In this document: positions 19,188 through 27,873 of the stretch, piece by piece | Layout of the letters: every line of letters starts with the position of its first letter | How positions within the stretch are numbered: the first letter of the stretch is position 1 | Source of the DNA: an uncultured Candidatus Bathyarchaeia archaeon | GTDB taxonomy: Archaea; Thermoproteota; Bathyarchaeia; TCS64 | DNA: 40,458 nt | Direction: 5' to 3' | NCBI GenBank assembly: GCA_964537625.1 | Contig: CAZIAF010000002.1 | Coordinates: 2,406 to 42,863, forward strand | Made by a program: the position numbers and the translations under genes | The notes under the pieces: model-generated | Database searches by the model: none | What the model was told of the DNA's origin: nothing | Seen by the model: only the letters and a program-made list of their open reading frames with translations

Positions 19188-20162
19188 GTGGTCGCCATGA
19201 ATCTCCCTAAAGAACTCACAACCCGCTACACGAAGCAGCGATATAAGATAGTGGGCGACCACTCCGCGGTGAAGACTTGTCTATGGGTAAGCAAGAGTCT
19301 AAACTCAATGGGGGTGAAACACTGTTACAAACAGAGATTTTATGGTGTCCCCTCCCATCGATGTCTCCAGATGACGCCGAGCCTTGGTCATTGCACCCAG
19401 AGTTGCGTTTTTTGCTGGCGCGCTACCCCTGAGACCCTCGAAGTCGGTTGGGATCAGACTAGTATTATAAATAACGGAGACGGTCCAGAGGACATCGTCG
19501 ACGGATGCCTTAAGGCTCATAAGAAGCTCATTTATGGTTTTGGGGGAAACAAGAACGTCTCTGATAAGATGTTGAATGAGGCGTTGAACCCCGTTCATGT
19601 AGCTATTAGTCTCGAGGGGGAGCCGACACTCTACAGTCGACTCAGCGACCTGATCGACGCCTTCAAGGGTCGCGGATTCCGCACTATCTTTTTAGTCACT
19701 AACGGCACCGCACCAGAGGTTCTAAAGGACCTCAGCTCAGAGCCGAGCCAACTGTACGTCAGTCTTTGCGCTCCCGATGAGGAAACTTATAGGGCTACCT
19801 GTCGCCCAATGATCCCAAAGTCTTGGGAGAAGATGAAAAAGACCCTGGAACTTATCCAAAGCTTCAGCTGCCCTACGGTTATTCGCCAAACCTTGATTCC
19901 TAAACTTAATATGAATAACATCGAAGGCTATGCAAAGCTTGTTGAAACAGCATCTCCTACATATATTGAGCCGAAGGGTGCTATGAGCGTTGGATTTGCC
20001 AGACAACGCTTCGCTTACGGTGAAATGGCAAGCCACGCCGATATTCGGAGCTTCGCAGAAAAACTTGCCCATGAAATAGGCTATTCCATAATCGATGAGC
20101 AGTACCAAAGTAATATTGTCCTCCTCAGCCGCTTGAAGAAGGCGATAAATCTCTACGACTAA
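19188..20162 (+). CDS. taw1: tRNA 4-demethylwyosine synthase (Taw1/TYW1, radical SAM)
   Basis: LQMTPSLGHCTQSCVFCWR (CxxxCxxC) and SLEGEPTLY. Start is GTG 19188 or ATG 19197. Confidence 0.85.
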   Translation: MVAMNLPKELTTRYTKQRYKIVGDHSAVKTCLWVSKSLNSMGVKHCYKQRFYGVPSHRCLQMTPSLGHCTQSCVFCWRATPETLEVGWDQTSIINNGDGPEDIVDGCLKAHKKLIYGFGGNKNVSDKMLNEALNPVHVAISLEGEPTLYSRLSDLIDAFKGRGFRTIFLVTNGTAPEVLKDLSSEPSQLYVSLCAPDEETYRATCRPMIPKSWEKMKKTLELIQSFSCPTVIRQTLIPKLNMNNIEGYAKLVETASPTYIEPKGAMSVGFARQRFAYGEMASHADIRSFAEKLAHEIGYSIIDEQYQSNIVLLSRLKKAINLYD

Positions 20163-20197
20163 ACGGTTTTAAACGACGACCACTTGTAACTCCTATA

Positions 20198-20677
20198 ATG
20201 ATAGTCAAAATAGGCGTAAAAACATTAACCCCAGAACTCGTTGCATATTACGAATTAAAACCGGGGGAGAAAGAAGTCGAAACATTGGCACTCCTAAACG
20301 CGGAGGCGCATGAAAAGGGTGCGAGGCCGAAGGACCCCACAATTATCGTTTACAAAGACCCGAAAGGCACCAAAGGTTGCAGAATCGAGGTCCAGGTCCC
20401 TATAGATAAAGAAATGCCGGGTCTTAATACTAAAGTACTTCCAGAAATGCGAGCGGGCTTCATTGTCTTCTCAGGAACAAGATACCCAATCGAGCACTAC
20501 TACGAGGAGCTGAGGAAATACATTAAGGAGAGAGGTCTCACGCCAACCAGTAATAGCTTATGCAGCATGGAGGCTGTATATCAGCCAGACACTTACGGGC
20601 TAAGTACCGGTAGCTTCATCGACGAGGACGCTCAGGAGCACTGGACAACCGAGATCCTAATCCCTATTGAGGGCTAA
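20198..20677 (+). CDS. GyrI-like small-molecule-binding domain protein
   Basis: 159 aa. The two-repeat beta-alpha-beta-beta pattern and the motifs IEVQVPI and FSGTRYPIEHYYEEL resemble GyrI/AraC effector-binding domains. Confidence 0.45.
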   Translation: MIVKIGVKTLTPELVAYYELKPGEKEVETLALLNAEAHEKGARPKDPTIIVYKDPKGTKGCRIEVQVPIDKEMPGLNTKVLPEMRAGFIVFSGTRYPIEHYYEELRKYIKERGLTPTSNSLCSMEAVYQPDTYGLSTGSFIDEDAQEHWTTEILIPIEG

Positions 20678-20711
20678 ACATTTTAACGAGTCCTTCAACT
20701 CTCTCCACTAA

Positions 20712-20786
20712 GCGACTGTAGTCTAGTGGTTAGGATCTTGGCCTTCCAAGCCAGAGACCCGGGTTCAAATCCCGGCGGTCGCACCA
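20712..20786 (+). tRNA. tRNA-Gly (anticodon TCC), 3' CCA encoded
   Basis: Acceptor GCGACTG/CGGTCGC, D-arm TAGTCTAGTGGTTAGGAT, anticodon loop CTTCCAA and T-arm GGGTTCAAATCCC. It ends ACCA. Confidence 0.9.
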
Positions 20787-20904
20787 ACAACATTAAAATG
20801 CCTTTAAGACTGCCATAATAAAATTAAGCGCCTTAACAGCGTACATCAAGGAACATTCTTATCGAGGCATCTCGAATTAACTTCATTCAATTAGAGGAAA
20901 AAAA

Positions 20905-21822
20905 ATGAAGTCAACGTTAGGAATAGAGGTAATTGACGCTCATGCTCACTTCATGACCGCGGACTCGATGAGAGCTTGGGTCCAGCGGGGACGCAGTATG
21001 TCCAGTTTTACGAACCGTACAAAGACCCGCACAGATATGAAGAACATTGAGTTCCCAGACGAGAATTTCAATGCTGGACAGAGGTGGACAAACGAACTCG
21101 ACAGGTATGGGGTCAGCAGCGTTGGCTTCATGATTGGTCCCGAGACCTACGACGAGTTCATGATAGCCAGAAAACTGTTCCCTGGATATTTTCTTGGCTA
21201 CCTCAATGTACAGCCTACCGACCCCGAGGCAGTCACTAAAATTAAGAAAGCAGCAGTTGATGGCTTCTACGGGATTAAGCTCTATCCGTCAAGTTGGCGA
21301 GGTATTCATGTCTACAGCGAGCAGTTATATCCCATTTACGAGGAGGCGTTGAAGCATAAGATGCTCATCATATGTCACTTTGGTGTCTCAATCGGTAATG
21401 AAGCCGACTTAAGGAGTGGTAATCCTATCGACATCCAAATTCCCGCCCATGACTTTCCGGATCTCAACTTCATGATCGCCCATTTTGGGGCAGGGTGGTT
21501 CAGGGAGTTACTTCTAATGCAGTACCAAGCAGACAATGTCTATATGGACAGTAGCGGTAGCAACATTTGGATGAAATATCTTCCATATGACCTTGACCTT
21601 AAAGCCGTTTTCAGACACGCCCTCCGCGCCGGTGGCCCCAATAAGATATTGTTCGGTACTGACTCCACATTCTTTCCTCGTGGTTTCCGATACAATATCC
21701 TCGAAGACCAGTTCAACGTGCTCCAGAGTTTAAAGAAAGACGGCCTCGTTAACGACGAGGGCATCGAACAAATCTTCAGTGGAAATCACAAGCGATTAAC
21801 GGGTTTCAAGCCAAGAGACTAG
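20905..21822 (+). CDS. Amidohydrolase-2 family metal-dependent hydrolase (TIM barrel)
   Basis: IDAHAHF at the N-terminus, GIKLYP, IAHFG and FGTDS motifs. Confidence 0.75.
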   Translation: MKSTLGIEVIDAHAHFMTADSMRAWVQRGRSMSSFTNRTKTRTDMKNIEFPDENFNAGQRWTNELDRYGVSSVGFMIGPETYDEFMIARKLFPGYFLGYLNVQPTDPEAVTKIKKAAVDGFYGIKLYPSSWRGIHVYSEQLYPIYEEALKHKMLIICHFGVSIGNEADLRSGNPIDIQIPAHDFPDLNFMIAHFGAGWFRELLLMQYQADNVYMDSSGSNIWMKYLPYDLDLKAVFRHALRAGGPNKILFGTDSTFFPRGFRYNILEDQFNVLQSLKKDGLVNDEGIEQIFSGNHKRLTGFKPRD

Positions 21823-21823
21823 G

Positions 21824-23458
21824 TTAGGCTCCATTCCTTCGATAAATCACTTTTCCGTCAATAATCGTCATATCAACGGGAATATCTTTAATCTCGTTAG
21901 TGGAAACAGTGAGTAAGTCCTTGCCCAAAACAACAACATCAGCGAGTTTCCCTACCTCGATCGATCCTAGTTTATCTTCATCAAAGGACTGATATGCAGA
22001 GTTGATAGTGTATAGGCGTAGGGCTTCCATTACCGTGATCCTTTGATTGAGTCCTAGGGGCTTACCTGATCTGGTCTTCCTGTTAACTAAGGCGTGAAGT
22101 GCCATAAGTGGAGGGTATGGAGCACATGGGTGATCTGAGTGTGCCGCAAGTTTAACATCAGCATCGAGAAACCAACGAGCTGCAAACATTCGTTCCAAAC
22201 GAGCTTCGCCAAATGCTGGTATTAGTTTATCCCCATGGTAGTAAGGATAGGGGCCAAAAATTGTTGGGAGTATTCTAAGCCTCTTGATCCGGTCCACAAT
22301 CGCTTTGGTTACGACTGTACAGTGAATGTCTCTGTTCCTCGCATCGGCTCGTGGATACTTAGACTGAACCTCCTCCATTATATCGAGATACATTTCGATA
22401 GCTCTATCCCCATTTGCGTGGGCAGACATCCGATACCCCATGGCATAGGCATCCATTATCGTTTTGTGGGCAATCTCGCGAGTCGTAGCCATAACACCAT
22501 AGAAACCAGGTTTGTTAAGATATTCTTCTGTTACTGCAGCAGTCCTAGCAGAGATGGCACCGTCGAAAAAGAATTTGAGACCACATAATTTAAGCCAATC
22601 GTCACCAAGCCCTTGGATTATTCCGGTCTTGTTGAGGTCGCTGAAGAGCTGAATGGAAGCATCCATCCTAACTCTTATTGGCAGTTCATTCCTATTCTTG
22701 AGATCGATGTATGCTTTTATCTGGGGTCTTTCGACCATATCGTAAACGCATGTCAATCCTACTGCAGCACACTCTTTGAGAATCAGCTTTGCTCCCTCGT
22801 AGGACTGTTCTTCTGTCGGATCATCGACCCCCAAAGGCTTCACGAGGTCGATTGCTGTCTCGTGTAGTCCTCCGGTCATCTCGCCTGATGTGGCAGCTCT
22901 ATCGAATTTTCCACCTACTGGGTCAGGATCATTCTTATGGACTTTGGCTATTTCAAATGCTTTGGAATTAACTATAGAAAAATGGCCGCCGACTGTCGAT
23001 ATAATAAGGGGGTGATTAGTCGTGACCAAGTCTAGATCCCATCGGGTGGGGTGCCGTTTCTCAGCAAGCTTTGAGTCATCTTCCTGATAACCGAAAACCC
23101 AGCCTCCGGGAGGTGTCTCTTCGGCTTTCGCTCGAAGCCTATTAACTAGATCACCTATCGATTTAACCCCTGCTTCTTCACTTAGATCGACGAAGATCAT
23201 TCTCTGACCGCCTACAGAAGCCATGTGAGAGTGGGAATCAATAAAACCAGGAATTACCGTTCTACCTTTTAGGTCAAAAACCTTGGTTTCCTCGTTTATA
23301 AGCTCCTCCATCTTATTACTAGATCCGACTGCGATTATTCTTCCCCATTTCACCGCAATGGCTTCAGCGACTGTTTCTGATTCATCAATGGTAACTATCT
23401 TACCATTAATTAAAACTGTATCTGCGAACAAGCCCGATTCCAAAATTAATAATATCAT
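21824..23458 (-). CDS. Amidohydrolase-3 family (YtcJ-like) metal-dependent hydrolase
   Basis: ADTVLINGKIVTID, GFIDSHSHM, FFDGAISARTA, SAHANGD and AAHSDHP. I prefer ATG 23458. Confidence 0.8.
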   Translation of the reverse strand: MILLILESGLFADTVLINGKIVTIDESETVAEAIAVKWGRIIAVGSSNKMEELINEETKVFDLKGRTVIPGFIDSHSHMASVGGQRMIFVDLSEEAGVKSIGDLVNRLRAKAEETPPGGWVFGYQEDDSKLAEKRHPTRWDLDLVTTNHPLIISTVGGHFSIVNSKAFEIAKVHKNDPDPVGGKFDRAATSGEMTGGLHETAIDLVKPLGVDDPTEEQSYEGAKLILKECAAVGLTCVYDMVERPQIKAYIDLKNRNELPIRVRMDASIQLFSDLNKTGIIQGLGDDWLKLCGLKFFFDGAISARTAAVTEEYLNKPGFYGVMATTREIAHKTIMDAYAMGYRMSAHANGDRAIEMYLDIMEEVQSKYPRADARNRDIHCTVVTKAIVDRIKRLRILPTIFGPYPYYHGDKLIPAFGEARLERMFAARWFLDADVKLAAHSDHPCAPYPPLMALHALVNRKTRSGKPLGLNQRITVMEALRLYTINSAYQSFDEDKLGSIEVGKLADVVVLGKDLLTVSTNEIKDIPVDMTIIDGKVIYRRNGA

Positions 23459-23497
23459 ACGATGGATAAAAAAGTCTGTAAAGATAATATTGGATTG

Positions 23498-24178
23498 ATG
23501 AGGGAGAAACACCCGCGAAGACGCGGATACCCGACCGCTGTGTTGATTGGCCTCAAAGAAGATCAGACAGCAATCTGGAGAATTTACAGCGAAACCGTTA
23601 GACTTTATTTAAACATACATTTTGAAAACAATAAGGAAGAGAAGACAACTTATAATAACTATGAATCCATTGTAGACGTTATTCGCACAGTATTGAATGA
23701 AGGTATTACCTGTATAATTATCGTTTCTAAGAAAAGGAGTTTAATAGAGAATTTTAAAAATCATATAAAAAAACATCATAAATGGGTGTTTAATTATGAA
23801 ATAACTTTAACCTATATAGAAGACGAGGGAGTAACACCTAATGAGGTGGCGAGCTTAGTAAAAAGTAAAAGATTTAAAGAAGCATTAATGATGACACAAA
23901 TAATTGAATCATCAGAATTATTAAAAGTGTTTGAAGAAGGTGTACGTAATGATCAGATGTTCTATACAATAGAGGAATTATATAAAAGTCTCAAAATGGA
24001 GGTCAAAATCAATCGAATATTTATGACGGATGATTTTCTTAGATCGAATATTAAAAACAGATGGCTTCAAAGTGCTCAGCAGTTATGTAGAAATCTCGGC
24101 ATTAAGATTCATATAATTAAAAAAGATTCTAAATTAGGTATGCGAATTGGTCAATTTGGAGGATTAGTATTTTTTTAG
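23498..24178 (+). CDS. Pelota/aRF1-like protein lacking the N-terminal domain (central plus C-terminal eRF1-fold domains only)
   Basis: Segments match Pelota domains 2 and 3 in order. They are AVLIGLKEDQTAIW, CIIIVSKKRSLIENFKNHI, FYTIEELYKSLKMEVKINRIFMTDDFLR and LGIKIHIIKKDSKLGMRIGQFGGLVFF. There is no GGQ or NIKS. The gene is very AT-rich. Start is ATG 23498, with an A-rich TATA-like box about 28 nt upstream, or ATG 23462. Confidence 0.6.
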   Translation: MREKHPRRRGYPTAVLIGLKEDQTAIWRIYSETVRLYLNIHFENNKEEKTTYNNYESIVDVIRTVLNEGITCIIIVSKKRSLIENFKNHIKKHHKWVFNYEITLTYIEDEGVTPNEVASLVKSKRFKEALMMTQIIESSELLKVFEEGVRNDQMFYTIEELYKSLKMEVKINRIFMTDDFLRSNIKNRWLQSAQQLCRNLGIKIHIIKKDSKLGMRIGQFGGLVFF

Positions 24179-24350
24179 ATAATGGGCTCGCATTTTCTAC
24201 CATCTGAATTATCATTTCCTTGTAATATGATGATAACTCTTTAACAAATAAAGAAAATTAATTAGTTGTTTACATTAAGAGAGAGTAATAATCGGCTTGT
24301 TTCTTGTCGCATAAGAAAGAATCATTCTCAAATAAAGCGAGAATTTATTA

Positions 24351-25736
24351 CTAAATGTCATCAAGGAACGTTTGCGCTTTTTCTAAGAAATCACTTGGAA
24401 TATAAGTCTCAGCCATGGGTACACCAAGTTTCTGAAGTCTAGATATTGTAGAGACGGTGTAAGGACGGAAAATTTCACGATTTGCCAATGGGCTGATTCC
24501 CGCGAAAACCCTTATTCCGTCATTAAGCATTTTCTCAATAACAATGTAATTCTTTCGATTCTCCTCGTTTTCATTTTCAGGATCGGTTAGGACGAAATCA
24601 CTGAAGTAAAAACAGATTCTATCGCTTTTCTCAGATGCCTCAGAAAGCTGGTTATAGGCCCAATTGATGCTTTTATTCGGTATAGTTCCACCCCAAGTGG
24701 AGCCGTCAATAGTACCTCTAAACCGAAATTCCATCTGAGTCGTAGTCATCGTCATCATGTCTAGAAGCTGCTCAAGGACTGGCTCCATATCAATTTCTTC
24801 TGTAAGATCCTTGATGATGTGGCTGTTACTCTCATAAAGTATGAGCCCCCATTTATCATTACGAAGTCCCCACATTAATGGAATTAAGCTTAGAATGCTG
24901 TAGTTTACAGAGTTAATGCCTTCGAAGTCGTAGAACATCGTGTTGCTGATATCTTGTATGTAAACAATGTTTCTATTCCTCTTCTTACGCTTGAGCATCA
25001 TGAAATCGTCGGGTCGAATCTCTTCGAGCTTTCGGCTGAGATCTAGAATATTTTCAAGGCTTCTATCCTCGTCTATCGAATCGGTGTCCTCACCTGATTG
25101 AAATGGGCGAATCGAGGAGGTTCTGCTCCAGTCATCCTTTCGCTCGAGTTCACGTCCAAGCTTCATCAGTTTTTCTTTTAATAGATATGCAAGGAGCTTA
25201 CGCATTTTTTCATTGCGTTCTTCTTTGTATATTTTGACGCCGAACTTTAGTATTCTATCTTCGCCTGGGCCAACACCTATATCTGGTTTGTTTTTGTACT
25301 TCGTGAACTGGTCAGGGCCAGTTATACTGGGGTTGTCATTGACGATATTCTGTTCGAGTCCCTTGCCATGAGGAGTGACATATACTTCTTGGGTCTTCTT
25401 GCTGAGGAGGCTTAGAAGCTGATCTTTTTCCTCGTCCTCTTCGAGCTCTTCTTCGTACTCGTTAACATTAGTTAGGATATCGAGAGCTGTTTTCTCTGCT
25501 ATTTTCTGGTTTTCAACTTGACTTGTTATGATGGCCGCTCTGAGTAGGTCCTCAAACTTAAGACAGCCATTCCTCATGTAGCCAGGTAGAAGGATCTTAC
25601 CGATGTTAATGCTTTGTCGGGGGCTTGGTTTTTCCAATACTTCCCTGTTCTTTCGCATACGTTGGATAAACTCGGGGATGAAGTAGTTCGCATAATTAAA
25701 TGGATATTCCAAGGAGGAGGTGGACATCTCAGCCAA
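24351..25736 (-). CDS. VWA (MIDAS) domain protein, CoxE-like partner of the MoxR ATPase
   Basis: C-terminal VWA domain with VYIQDISNT (DxSxT), WGGT and YFSDF. The N-terminal half is long, charged and helical. Start is TTG 25736, overlapping the MoxR stop by 8 nt, or ATG 25727, 1 nt after it. Confidence 0.7.
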   Translation of the reverse strand: MAEMSTSSLEYPFNYANYFIPEFIQRMRKNREVLEKPSPRQSINIGKILLPGYMRNGCLKFEDLLRAAIITSQVENQKIAEKTALDILTNVNEYEEELEEDEEKDQLLSLLSKKTQEVYVTPHGKGLEQNIVNDNPSITGPDQFTKYKNKPDIGVGPGEDRILKFGVKIYKEERNEKMRKLLAYLLKEKLMKLGRELERKDDWSRTSSIRPFQSGEDTDSIDEDRSLENILDLSRKLEEIRPDDFMMLKRKKRNRNIVYIQDISNTMFYDFEGINSVNYSILSLIPLMWGLRNDKWGLILYESNSHIIKDLTEEIDMEPVLEQLLDMMTMTTTQMEFRFRGTIDGSTWGGTIPNKSINWAYNQLSEASEKSDRICFYFSDFVLTDPENENEENRKNYIVIEKMLNDGIRVFAGISPLANREIFRPYTVSTISRLQKLGVPMAETYIPSDFLEKAQTFLDDI

Positions 25737-26655
25737 GTACCCTTACTATTATTTCATCTACGACTTTCCCTACGCTCTTGCCTTCTTCACCGCGGACCTT
25801 CATCTCCTTGGCTAGTACTGCTGGAGCGAAGAACCTGATGGCTGCGTCCTCCGTCTCGAACCTATCAATATACTTGTTTACTAACCTTGTAAGATAGATC
25901 CCAGATCGAGGCGAAGCAGGGATCTCAAGTACAGAGTTCTCCCTCGTTGCCTTAACAATCTCGTAGATCTTATCAAGTGCACTAACTGGGAGTGTGAATG
26001 CAGGAGTATTCTCCTTGAGTATTTCAAGCTCAGTCTCCTTTGTCGGATAAGTGAGCCTAATCCAGCAGCCTATACGATCTACTAGCACCCTGCTTAACCT
26101 ATATGTTCCAGAGGTCTCGATGGGGTTCTGAGTTGCTACAAAAGCGAAAGTCTCTTGAGCCTTTATCAATCCGAGAGGGAAGAGGTGATAATGCCGCTCC
26201 TCCAACGGGCTGATTAAACTGTTCTGGCAAAACTCTGTAGCGCGATTAAGTTCATGAGCAACAAAGAGCCCACCCTCCACCATAGCTCGAATGAGTGGGC
26301 CTGGCTCGAAACTAGTGATATTCCTACCGTTTCGAACAACAAGAGCGGGGTCGAAGCTTCCTATAAGTCTGCTAGGCGTTACGTTCTCATCGAAGAAAAC
26401 CTCGTGGAAGCTACGACCGGTATCCTCTGCAACCTTACGGGCTAGTAGACTTTTCCCGACACCAGGAGGTCCTACAAGGCAAGGGGTAATCCCAGTATCG
26501 AGGGCATCTTTAAGTAAACTATAGGCGGTCTCATACTGACCCTTAAGGACCACTGGGTGTTCTATGCGAATATTCCCAACGATGCTTTTCTCAAGCATCT
26601 TGCGGAAACCCTGCTCCTTCTCCGCCATCAAGCTTAGTCCATCTGTGATTAACAA
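25729..26655 (-). CDS. MoxR-family AAA+ ATPase (CoxD-like)
   Basis: Walker A GPPGVGKS, Walker B region LFVAHELNRA and MoxR signature ATQNPIETSGTYRLSRVLVDRI. Start is TTG 26655 or ATG 26628. Confidence 0.85.
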   Translation of the reverse strand: MLITDGLSLMAEKEQGFRKMLEKSIVGNIRIEHPVVLKGQYETAYSLLKDALDTGITPCLVGPPGVGKSLLARKVAEDTGRSFHEVFFDENVTPSRLIGSFDPALVVRNGRNITSFEPGPLIRAMVEGGLFVAHELNRATEFCQNSLISPLEERHYHLFPLGLIKAQETFAFVATQNPIETSGTYRLSRVLVDRIGCWIRLTYPTKETELEILKENTPAFTLPVSALDKIYEIVKATRENSVLEIPASPRSGIYLTRLVNKYIDRFETEDAAIRFFAPAVLAKEMKVRGEEGKSVGKVVDEIIVRVLG

Positions 26656-27033
26656 CCGCTAATTTAAATCTTAAACGATTATAGGAATAAAACCTAAATC
26701 CAAAGCTAGTAACCATTCTCTATTTATCAAAGACAACAACAGGGAAAATTATAATAACTAACAATTATTTTCTACATCTGATAAATACTCAAAATAATCA
26801 TAATCTCCAATATAAGTAACCAAACTAAAATCATATAATTTATCAAATGATTAAATATCATATTAATTAATTGGATAAAAATCCAATTTTTTTATGTAAA
26901 ATATGTTTTTTTCATCAAATGGAGTTTTTTGTGTCAAAGTTTAAATGCTTCACCACCGCATAGTTACGGAATCGTTACTCTTTGAACTGAACCTGATTAA
27001 AGATGTAACGAATCACATGAGGGAAATGTATCT

Positions 27034-27858
27034 GTGATTGAGATAAGATTGCACGGCAGAGGCGGTCAAGGTGCGGTTACCGCTTCTAGGATAATCGCCA
27101 CAGCTGCTTATGAGGAGGGTCAGTTTTCGCAAGCCATCCCCATGTATGGCACTGAGCGACGTGGAGCGCCTCTTACAGCTTATGTGCGCATCGACAAAGT
27201 GCGCGTAAGGGAAAGGGAACTAGTTCATACTCCGGATTTAAGTATCTGCTTCGACCCACTGATCAGCCTTCAGCAGGCTGTAGCAAACGATCTAAAACCA
27301 GGTGGCAAAGTTCTACTTAACGCTCCCTTCTCGCCCGATAAAAGCGATCTTGCAGGCGACATAAACATCGCTACCGTAAACGCTACCAGCATAGCAATGG
27401 AAACTCTTGGAAGACCCATAACCAACACGGCTATGCTTGGTGCCTTCGCCAAGGCGACAGGTATAGTGAAGCTCGAGTCCGTAGAAAAAGCCATTAAGAA
27501 GTATTTCCCAGGCCGGCTCGGTGATATGAATATCACCGCTGTAAGGAAGAGCTACGAGAGTGTTTCCCAGTGGGTTCCAGCTAAGACGAGAGTCGCACCG
27601 AAAATGACTGTAGACCTCAACGTAGGTGGCTACGGCACACTCAAGGATGTAAGCAGCTGGCGTGTCTTCACGCCCTACGTTCACGAGGATAAATGCATCG
27701 GATGTAAGACCTGCTGGATCTTCTGTCCAGAAGCTGCCTTCGAGTGGAAGTCTAATAACAAACCCGGGCTAATCAACCACGCCTGTAAGGGCTGTGGTGT
27801 CTGCGCAAACGAGTGTCCCGTCAAGGCGATAGAGATGAAAAGAGTCGAGGGCGCATAA
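27034..27858 (+). CDS. 2-oxoacid (pyruvate-type):ferredoxin oxidoreductase, fused gamma-delta subunit
   Basis: The N-terminus IRLHGRGGQGAVTASRI...YGTERRGAP is gamma-like. The C-terminus has two 4Fe-4S motifs, CIGCKTCWIFCP and CKGCGVCANECP, which are delta-like. The GTG start is obligatory, with GAGGG 10 nt upstream. Confidence 0.88.
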   Translation: MIEIRLHGRGGQGAVTASRIIATAAYEEGQFSQAIPMYGTERRGAPLTAYVRIDKVRVRERELVHTPDLSICFDPLISLQQAVANDLKPGGKVLLNAPFSPDKSDLAGDINIATVNATSIAMETLGRPITNTAMLGAFAKATGIVKLESVEKAIKKYFPGRLGDMNITAVRKSYESVSQWVPAKTRVAPKMTVDLNVGGYGTLKDVSSWRVFTPYVHEDKCIGCKTCWIFCPEAAFEWKSNNKPGLINHACKGCGVCANECPVKAIEMKRVEGA

Positions 27859-27873
27859 GGAGGATTATTTGAA

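Noticed and set aside
24227-24233. C-box-like ATGATGA in the AT-rich spacer after the Pelota-like gene
   Set aside because: There is no D box (CTGA) at the right distance downstream and no terminal stem, so it is not a convincing C/D sRNA.
26656-27033. AT-rich spacer as a replication origin
   Set aside because: I saw no repeated ORB-like elements and no cdc6/orc1 gene nearby. A divergent promoter region is the simpler reading.
20787-27033. Integrated mobile element at tRNA-Gly
   Set aside because: I found no integrase, no transposase and no direct repeat of the tRNA-Gly 3' end. Only the compositional signal remains, and that is reported as a finding.
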